Position numbers and translations under genes: made by a program
Assembly: GCA_051884875.1 (NCBI GenBank)
Contig: JBJEWD010000044.1
Coordinates: 23,500 to 87,499, forward strand
Direction of reading: 5' to 3'
DNA: 64,000 bases
Origin: Kiritimatiellia bacterium
Lineage (GTDB): Bacteria > Verrucomicrobiota > Kiritimatiellia > RFP12 > UBA1067
Shown here: piece after piece, positions 25,433-33,400 of the stretch
How positions within the stretch are numbered: the first letter of the stretch is position 1
How the letters are laid out: each line of letters begins with the position of its first letter
Notes under the pieces: model-generated
Told to the model about the DNA's origin: nothing
The model's input: only the letters and a program-made list of their open reading frames with translations
Databases searched by the model: none

Positions 25433-28132
25433 ATGGACAAGCTCTTCATCATCGATCTCATGCCCTTCCTCTACCGGGGTCATTTCGTCTTCCTCCGCAA
25501 TCCGCGCATGACGGCCACGGGCATCAACACCTCCGCACTGCTCGGGCTTGCCAACGGGCTCATGTCGATCCTGAAGCGCGAGAAGCCCACCCACGCCGTC
25601 CTGGCGATGGATCCGGACGGGCCCACTTTCCGCCATACGGCCTACGCGCCCTACAAGGCCCAGCGCGAGAAGATGCCCGAAGACCTCGCCGCGTCCATTC
25701 CCTACGCCTTCGCCCTCGCCGACGCGCTGAGGATACCCGTCGTGCGCGTCGAGGGCTTCGAGGCCGACGACGTCATGGGCACGCTCGCCGTCCAGGGCGC
25801 CGCCGCCGGCTTCGACGTCTACCTCGCCACGCCCGACAAGGACGCCGCCCAGCTCGTCCGCCCCGGCGTGCAGCTCTACCGTCCCGCCCGCGCGAGCGAC
25901 ACGGCCGAAATCTACAATGAAGCGAAGGTCTGCGAACACTGGCGCCTCACCTCACCCCGGCAGATGATCGACTACCTCGCCCTCGCGGGCGACGCGGCGG
26001 ACAACATCCCCGGCATCCGCGGCGTCGGCGAAAAGACCGCGGCGGAGCTCCTGAGCCGTTTCGGCAGCATCGAGGGGATACTGGCGAACATTCCGAAGCT
26101 CAAGGGCAAGCTCGCCGAGAAGATTTTCAACGGCCGGGAAGAGGCGAAGATCTCCAAGTTCCTGACCACGATCCGCACCGACGTCCCCCTGACCCCCGAC
26201 TGGGACGCCTACCGCCTCGACGGCATCGACCGGGAGAAGCTCGCCGCCGTCTGCGCCAAATTCGAGCTCAACCGCCTGGCCCGGGAACTCCTCGGCGATC
26301 CCGTCCAGGCGCCCCAACTCTCCCACGCGCCGACTTCCCGACTCGCCACCCTCGCCACCACTCCGCACGACTACCGCCTCGTCACGACCGAAGACGAGGC
26401 CCGTGCGCTGCTCGCCGAACTGATGCAGGCCCCGCGCATCGCCTTCGACACCGAAACGGCCGCGTTCCAGGGGCACGGCTCGACGGAAGCGCATTTCTGC
26501 CGGCTCGTCGGCTTCTCGTTCGCGACGGCGCCCGGCAAGGCGTGGTACGTCACGGCGGATCAGGTCGACGTCTTCCGTCCCCTTTTCGCGGACCCGACCA
26601 AGCTCTTCATCGGGCACAACGTCAAATTCGACCGTTCCGTCCTCCTCCGCTACGGCATCGGTTTCGCGTCCGTCCCGCACGACACGATGCTCGCGCACTA
26701 CTGCCTCGACGCCGCCGCCCGGCACGGGATGGACGCCCTCGCGGAGCAGTACCTCGGCTACCGTCCGATTCCGATTACCGCCCTCATCGGCGAAAAGGAG
26801 CGCGGCCGGGAGCAGCGCTCGATGGCGGCGCTCAAGCCCGAGGAGATCCGCGACTATGCCGCCGAGGACGCCGACGTCACCCTCCGGCTCGAAGACGTGC
26901 TGCGGCCGCAGGCGCCGAAGGCGCTGGCGACCGAGGAGGCGCTCGTCAAGATCCTCATCGACATGGAGCGCGAGGGCGTGCGCATCGACGTCGCGGCGCT
27001 GAAGGAATACGGCCGGGCGCTCGACCGTGAGATCCTCGGTCTCACCCAAGGCATCCTCGAATACGCCGAACCCGGCTTCAATCCCGATTCCCCGAAGCAG
27101 CTCGGCGACCTCCTTTTCGGCAAGCTCGGCCTCGAATGCGGACGGAAGACGTCGCGGGGGCAGTATTCGACGGAGGAAAAGACGCTGTCCAGGCTCGCGG
27201 ACGAACATCCGATCGTCGGGCGCATCCTCGAATACCGCGCCTGCACGAAGCTCAAATCGACCTATGTCGACAAACTCCCGACGCTCATCGACGCGGAGGG
27301 GCGCGTCCACACGACGTACGCGCAGGCCTTTACGGAAACCGGGCGCCTGAGCTCCAGCGACCCGAATCTCCAGAACATCCCCATCCGCACCGAACGCGGC
27401 AAGATGATCCGCAAGGCCTTCGTCGCCCGCGATGAGAACCACGTCCTCGTTTCCGCCGACTACTCGCAGATCGAACTCCGGCTGATGGCGGCCTTCGCGC
27501 ACGACGAGGCCATGCTCGCGGCCTTCCGGGACGGGGCGGACATCCACCGCGACACGGCGGCCCGCGTCTACAACGTAATGCCCGCCTTCGTCACGCCCGA
27601 ACAGCGCGCCAGATGCAAGATGGTCAACTTCGGCATCATCTACGGCATCTCGTCGTTCGGGCTCTCCCAGCGACTCAAGGTGCCGCGCCGCGAAGCCGCA
27701 AACCTCATCGAGACCTACTTCAGGCTCTATCCGGCGGTCCGGAGCTATATGGAGCAGGCCGTCGCCGATGCGCGCAGGAAAGGCTACGCCGAGACGGTGC
27801 TCGGCCGCCGCCGCACGCTGCGGGACATCAATTCGCGGAACGCCACCGCGCGCCAGGCCGCCGAACGCGACGCAATCAACACGCCGATCCAGGGATCGGC
27901 CGCCGACCTCATCAAGGTCGCCATGGTCAATGTCGACCGCGCGCTGAAAGCCGACAACCTGCGCACGAAGATGGTTCTGCAGATCCACGACGAACTCGTC
28001 TTCGATACGCCGTGCGACGAAGTCGCGCGCGTCAGGGAAATCGTCACCCGCGAGATGACGACCGCCCTCGACCTCGGCGTGCCGCTCGAAGTCGGCCTCG
28101 GCGTAGGCCGGAACTGGCTTGACGCGCACTAG
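25433..28132 (+). CDS. polA: DNA polymerase I
   Basis: 899 aa. 5'-nuclease N-terminus, FDTET exo motif, DYSQIELRLMA and QIHDELVF polymerase motifs. Confidence 0.95.
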   Translation: MDKLFIIDLMPFLYRGHFVFLRNPRMTATGINTSALLGLANGLMSILKREKPTHAVLAMDPDGPTFRHTAYAPYKAQREKMPEDLAASIPYAFALADALRIPVVRVEGFEADDVMGTLAVQGAAAGFDVYLATPDKDAAQLVRPGVQLYRPARASDTAEIYNEAKVCEHWRLTSPRQMIDYLALAGDAADNIPGIRGVGEKTAAELLSRFGSIEGILANIPKLKGKLAEKIFNGREEAKISKFLTTIRTDVPLTPDWDAYRLDGIDREKLAAVCAKFELNRLARELLGDPVQAPQLSHAPTSRLATLATTPHDYRLVTTEDEARALLAELMQAPRIAFDTETAAFQGHGSTEAHFCRLVGFSFATAPGKAWYVTADQVDVFRPLFADPTKLFIGHNVKFDRSVLLRYGIGFASVPHDTMLAHYCLDAAARHGMDALAEQYLGYRPIPITALIGEKERGREQRSMAALKPEEIRDYAAEDADVTLRLEDVLRPQAPKALATEEALVKILIDMEREGVRIDVAALKEYGRALDREILGLTQGILEYAEPGFNPDSPKQLGDLLFGKLGLECGRKTSRGQYSTEEKTLSRLADEHPIVGRILEYRACTKLKSTYVDKLPTLIDAEGRVHTTYAQAFTETGRLSSSDPNLQNIPIRTERGKMIRKAFVARDENHVLVSADYSQIELRLMAAFAHDEAMLAAFRDGADIHRDTAARVYNVMPAFVTPEQRARCKMVNFGIIYGISSFGLSQRLKVPRREAANLIETYFRLYPAVRSYMEQAVADARRKGYAETVLGRRRTLRDINSRNATARQAAERDAINTPIQGSAADLIKVAMVNVDRALKADNLRTKMVLQIHDELVFDTPCDEVARVREIVTREMTTALDLGVPLEVGLGVGRNWLDAH

Positions 28133-28147
28133 ACGCGGCGCGGCAAC

Positions 28148-29191
28148 TCAGAAGAACCACTTCGCGCAGGCGAGGAGGCCCTGCTTCCAGGGGACGCGGT
28201 GCGAAACGCCGCTCCGGCCCCTGAAGTCGTTGACGTGCGCCACGTACCACTCGTAGTTGCGCACCAGCGCCTGCTTGTTGGAATACTGCGGCCGGTAGCC
28301 CAGCAGACGCTCCGCCTTCTCGATCGAGACGAACGAATCGGTCGACGCCGTTTCATACACCCACGGATAGAGCGGCGAAAGATGGAGCTTCTCCAGGATG
28401 CGCAGAATGAAGATCAGCAGCCCCACGGGCATGCCCCTGATCTTCTTGCCGTAGCCGGCCTTGTCCAGCACCGCCTGGTAGTCCTCCTTCATCGTCGTGA
28501 ATTCCTTCGCGCCGATGTTGAACTCGGTCGCAATGACGTCCTTCGGGTAGGTCAGCGCATTCCAGATCGCGTGATCGAGGTCGTCGACATCCATCAGCTG
28601 GTAGCGGTTGTCGCCGCTGCCGATCATCGGGAAACCATGCCCCGTGTACGCCCAATCGTAGAAAAGCGCGAAGACGCCAAGACGCTCGGGGCCAACGAAA
28701 CTCTTGGGGCGGATGATGCAGATCGGGAAACCCTCCTCAATCGCCGCGCGGCAACGTGCCTCGGCCTCGATCTTGGCGTGGCCGTAAGGCCCTACGCCCA
28801 CCAGCGGATCCGTCTCAAGGATCGGATGACGCTTCGGGACGCCGTAGACGGCCGTCGAGGATATCTGAATCATGCGATCGAGCTTGAACTTGCGCGCCGC
28901 ATTGATGACGTTCTGACAGCCATCGACTTCCGTCGTGCGGATATCCTCCGCCGAATAGAGCGGCAGCGCCGCCGCCGTATTCACGACGACATCGCAACCC
29001 TCCGTGCACCGCTCGACGGCCGCCACGTCCCGCACGTCGCCTTTCGTGAACTTGAGCCACGTCTCGTTCTTCTCGGGATAATCGAAATCCGCGATATCCA
29101 GAACACGAATCTCATCCACCCCCTGCTGCCGCAGGAAACGGATGAGATTGATGCCCAGGAACCCGGAACCACCTGTGACCAGTACCTTCAC
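28148..29191 (-). CDS. NAD-dependent epimerase/dehydratase family protein
   Basis: MKVLVTGGSGFLGINLIRFL Rossmann motif and YGHAK catalytic YxxxK. 347 aa. Confidence 0.85.
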   Translation of the reverse strand: MKVLVTGGSGFLGINLIRFLRQQGVDEIRVLDIADFDYPEKNETWLKFTKGDVRDVAAVERCTEGCDVVVNTAAALPLYSAEDIRTTEVDGCQNVINAARKFKLDRMIQISSTAVYGVPKRHPILETDPLVGVGPYGHAKIEAEARCRAAIEEGFPICIIRPKSFVGPERLGVFALFYDWAYTGHGFPMIGSGDNRYQLMDVDDLDHAIWNALTYPKDVIATEFNIGAKEFTTMKEDYQAVLDKAGYGKKIRGMPVGLLIFILRILEKLHLSPLYPWVYETASTDSFVSIEKAERLLGYRPQYSNKQALVRNYEWYVAHVNDFRGRSGVSHRVPWKQGLLACAKWFF

Positions 29192-29224
29192 GGCAAGCCC
29201 TCGGATAGGCGTGAGGAGGACGCG

Positions 29225-29560
29225 TTACGGTGCCGGAACCGGCTCGGCCGCAGCGTCTCCCGCGGCAGGCGCCGCTTCGCCCGCTTCCGCCGCGCCTTCG
29301 CTGACCTTCGCGAACGCCGACTCGGGCTTGGCGGTGAGACGCGCGAGTGCGAGCGTATTGAGAAGGAAGATCGCGCCCAGGGTCGCCGTCGCCTTGATCA
29401 GGACATTGCCGGCATCGGCACCCAGCGACGCTTCCAGCGCGCCACCGCCGAACGCGCCGCCCAGACCGCCTTCCTTCGGCTTCTGGAGCATGACGACGAG
29501 ACCCAGCATAAGGCACACGACGACTTCAACAATGTACAGCAAGACCTTCAGATATTCCAT
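29225..29560 (-). CDS. secG: Preprotein translocase subunit SecG
   Basis: Start MEYLKVLLYIVEVVVCLMLGLVVMLQKPKEGGLGGAFGGG at 29560. Two TM segments with a Gly-rich loop, then an Ala/Glu-rich tail. Confidence 0.75.
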   Translation of the reverse strand: MEYLKVLLYIVEVVVCLMLGLVVMLQKPKEGGLGGAFGGGALEASLGADAGNVLIKATATLGAIFLLNTLALARLTAKPESAFAKVSEGAAEAGEAAPAAGDAAAEPVPAP

Positions 29561-29593
29561 CTCGTTATTCCACCTTTCGTGATTAGTGGGCCA

Positions 29594-29623
29594 ATTATAC
29601 CAAATTCTACGGCTATAAGACAA
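29594..29623 (-). promoter_or_regulatory. Sigma70-type promoter of secG
   Basis: Minus strand reads TTGTCT-18 nt-TGgTATAAT (extended -10), about 34 nt upstream of the secG ATG. The -35 lies inside the terminal repeat of the adjacent cassette. Confidence 0.55.
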
Positions 29624-29796
29624 GGTTGGCGGTTAGTCGGTTACGCGGCTCGTTCCTCGCCGCGAACCGACTAACCCGCAGCAGGGGTACGCTTCGCTGG
29701 GGGTGAGGGCGGCAGGGTTGCGCGGCTCGTTCCCCGCCGCGAACCGACTAACCCGCACCAGGGGTGCGCTTCGCTGGGGGTGAGGGCGGCAGGATT
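29618..29796. repeat. Left repeat block: long hairpin plus two tandem G-rich units
   Basis: GGTTAGTCGGTTaCGCGGC-tcgttcctc-GCCGCGAACCGACTAACC (29631-29676), then CGCAGCAGGGGTACGCTTCGCTGGGGGTGAGGGCGGCAGGGTT. A second partial copy occupies 29716-29796. Confidence 0.85.
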
Positions 29797-30142
29797 GCGT
29801 CAGCGACTTGCCGTAGGCGCGAATGCCCATCGTCAGCGACATGATCGTCGCTTTCAGCCGTTTTGTGTATTCGCCGTAGCCGAGGCTTTCCACCATGATC
29901 AGCTGCGTGTCGCACTCGGCGAGGGAACCGCGTGCGTAGCGGAGAAAGTGCCTGTTGTCGTCCGCAAGGCGCTTCGACCCTTACGCGATGTTCGACGGAA
30001 CGGAAACGGCTGCACGCCGCAACTGTGATGTGAGGCCGAAGCGTTCCTCGGGCGGGAACGTCTTCGTGTGATTGTAGACATCCGTCGCAAACGCCACGGC
30101 GTCTTTCCAGATTTTCAATCCGCGATGCCGCTCGTGTTCCAT
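29633..30142 (-). pseudogene. Four-helix-bundle protein (23S rRNA intervening-sequence protein family) interrupted by an in-frame TAA
   Basis: MEHERHRGLKIWKDAVAFATDVYNHTKTFPPEERFGLTSQLRRAAVSVPSNIA-TAA-GSKRLADDNRHFLRYARGSLAECDTQLIMVESLGY... The two ORF-track pieces (29981-30283 and 29633-29896) are in one frame. The stop sits where the family has SNIAEG. The C-terminus reads on into the repeat. Confidence 0.7.
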
Positions 30143-30281
30143 TGCGGCGATGAGTTCGCCTTCGTTCGGCACAGGACTCTCCTTCCGATGTGGACATTCC
30201 ATCATTTTCGCCTCGGAACGTTTCGATGTGCCTGCACGCAATCGCGACGCAGACGTCGGCGAACTTCTTTGGGGCAAGCCC

Positions 30282-30394
30282 AAACCCTGCCGCCCTCACC
30301 CCCAGCGAAGCGCACCCCTGATGCGGGTTGGTCGGTTGCGCGGCTCGTTCCTCGCCGCGCAACCGACCAACCCATTACACTGCCAACCTTGTCT
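30282..30394. repeat. Right repeat block, inverted copy of the left block
   Basis: Reverse complement aligns with 29618-29719. It contains a perfect 20-bp stem, GGGTTGGTCGGTTGCGCGGC-tcgttcctc-GCCGCGCAACCGACCAACCC (30325-30373), and terminal CCAACCTTGTCT. Confidence 0.85.
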
Positions 30395-30440
30395 TTCCGG
30401 TCCGTCCCGGGCAGCCACCCCCGCGCACCGGATCTTCGGC

Positions 30441-33400
30441 TTACTTCTCGACCGTCACCTTGAAGAAGACGGCCGTGGCATCCGCCGGCTGGAACTTCGT
30501 CTGCCCGTTGCCGCCGTTCTCCAGCTGCACGGAACTGCCGTCGCCGACTACGAGGTCGCAGACGTTCTCCACCGCCGCGAGATCCGTTCCCGCCAAGAGC
30601 CTGTAGACCAGACCCGGAATCGTCTTGACCGCCACGGCGCCGTCGGCGATCGACACGCCTTCGGCATCGACAATCACGGGCTTGACGGTGATCGTCTCGC
30701 CGTCGACCGTGACGCTCGCCTCCGCGTCAAGTTCGATGCCGATCGAGCCGTCTTCGCGCGCAGTCTTCTTGAACGCAGCGCCGATGTCGTACGTCGTCTC
30801 GTCGATCACGACGGAGGCGCTGATCAGAAGCCTGTCGATGTCCACGCCGCTGACCGAATCGACCGACGCGGGAACCTGCACCTTGCCGAGATACGAATCG
30901 GGAACGTCAACCGTCAGCGAACTCGTCCCGTCGGTGGGCGTAATCACCGCCACGGCGTTCTCGCCTTCGCCGGTGACGACGACCGTGCCGTCTCCGGTGG
31001 TGGGCACCAGCGCCTTGTCGACAATGGACATCGAAAGCGTTATCGCCTTCTTGTCGACGCCGAAGGCATAGACCGTATACTCGTAGGTGGAGTTATTCCA
31101 TTTGCCGCCGAGCGCGACGCCATAACCGAGGTAGAGCCAAAGCCCGCCTTCATCCGGCGTGGTGAAGCCGTAGGTGATGGTGGTCGTCCCCTGATCATCG
31201 GTGAACGTCTTCTTGGTGACGAAGTAGTCCGTCACCTCATCGGTGAAGTGGAATTTCACCAACGGGGTCGAATTGCCGCGGACGACGTTGAACTCCGTCC
31301 CGGTTTCGCCGACGCGTTCAATCTCCGTCGGCGAGACCGCCTCGAACGAAGAAAGCTCCAGCGCACCGGAACCGGCCGATTCGACCGCGAAGTCGGTTCC
31401 GTTGACCGTGACCTTCACCTCCTCGATGGCCAAAAGCGCCGCGGCCACGTAAACCGCCCCATCGACGATCTTGTACTTCGCCGAATTGAGGAAGGCGTTG
31501 TTGCCGATCGAAAGCGCGAAGATTTCGTCCGCGCCGACGACGACCGAGCCGATCGATACCGTGGCCGTCGAAGTTGCCGCGGCGGCAAGCTCGCCCACCT
31601 TCACGAACGTCGCATCCACCGCGTCTTCTTCGTCGCCGTTGGTGAACTTGTTGTAGTAATTCTCCTTGATGTAGGCGATTGCCGTCGCCAGATCGCTCGC
31701 GACCGTCTCGGAAGCGACATAACCGACGGACACATAAACGTATTTATCCTCTTCGATCGTCTTGGACAGCAGGGTGTAGCCCTCATCGGTCGTAATACCG
31801 GTCTTTTCGGCATTAAGCGTTATCGACGCGCCACCCGCGAGTGCAAGGGCGATATTGCACGTGCCCTCAAAGACGCTCGCTTCGTTCACTTTGATCGTGG
31901 GAGCGCCGTTGTAGCCGTCAATCGTGCCGGTGCCGCTCAACGTCCTGACCGTGATGGTGCTCGAATCTTCAATGTAGACCGAATCCTGCACTTCAAGGTT
32001 GACGTCCGTAAACGACATCGCCGACTTCATGTAGAGCTGATGATTGCCGCCGACCGCCACCACTTTGACGGTGTCGAACGTGCTATCCTGATGCACGCCC
32101 ACGCCACCGTTCGGCACCAGTTTGACCACCGAAGTCGAGGCGTCTGCGCCCGCGACATGGAGGATCTGGTTTTCCGTTCCCGGCTTGTTGAAGGAGAGCG
32201 TAAGGGTCGTATCCTCGGCAACCGTGAACGCGGCACCCGTCAGGTAATATCCCTGTTCGGAAATCGCCACGGTCTTCGAAATCTGGACTTCGCCGTCAAT
32301 CGGCTTGAGCACGACAATCTCGTCGCTTTCGCCAGCGGCCGCAATCGCCTCGGCAAGCGTCGCGTAGCCGGTTTCGCCGATGCGTGCGACGCAATCCTGA
32401 TCGTAGCCGACATAGGTGAGCACCAGACCCGTCCCTTCGACGACGCCGAGCGTGTAAGTGCCGAGCTCGTCCGTCGCCGTCACCTCGCCTTCGGTCTTCT
32501 TGGTCGCCGTCGCGCCGGTGGCAGTAATCGTCGCCGCGTCATAGCTGAGCGTACCGTAGCTCGTGGTCGTGAAAGCGATCAGCGTCTTGGACACCACCTT
32601 CTTGACTCCCGTATTCGCGCCGACCGCGAAGGTGGCGTTGCTGAGCGAATGGGTGCCGGCCGTGCCGCCTTCATACTTGATCGAACCCTCGCCGGCGAGG
32701 AAGTAGTCGAAATTAGCGCCGCTCAAATTGTTGTCGGACGGGAAAACGATGCCTTCCGGCGCGGCGACATAAAGCTTCGTCTTACCCTGGGTGTTGCCGC
32801 CTGAGATTTGCGTATAGGTGAGTTTCGAGCTATCATCGACCGCGATCCAGGATTGTCCATCGCCACTGCTTTGGATTTTCTGGGCCGAAATCGTCACTTC
32901 TGCGCCATTGAAGAGACCGTACTTGGAGTTCCACCCTTCAGCCGCACCGGTCACGGTCACCCCATCGAACAAGAGCGCGCCCCAAGGTTCGGTTGTATCA
33001 GCGTTTGTCGCACCGGGCGCAGTGGTACCGGTCTCCGCGTAAGCGCGAGAATTGGCCAGATACCGCCAGTTCGCGAGCGTCGCCCAATCGTTAGACTCTT
33101 CGCTTGCCGTATACAGATGGTTGAAGGTAAGCGTTGCGCCGGTTACGGGATTGGTTCGCGTCGCGGACACCACCGTGGTGCTGACCGAAATCGAACCATT
33201 TTCAACCACCGCGACCGCCGACGCGTCAATCGTGCTGCCATCGCTCAAATATATCTGCACCGCATACGGCGCCGATCCCGTGTAAGGGATGCTGAACGAT
33301 CCCTCGATGGCATTCGCAAAATAGACCTTCGCGGTCAATTGGTTATCCTCGGCGAAACCGATGCTCGCGCGTTCCTTGAGCGAGACCGTGCCAGACCCGC

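Noticed and set aside
29618-30394. CRISPR array or tRNA-like element in the repeat region.
   Set aside because: Only three repeat copies are present. Two are tandem with no spacer and one is inverted. There are no regular repeat-spacer units and no cloverleaf.
30384-30420. Outward-facing promoter from the right repeat end (CCAACCTTGTCT on the plus strand).
   Set aside because: No -10-like hexamer lies 16-19 nt downstream, and it would transcribe antisense into the 3' end of the giant gene.
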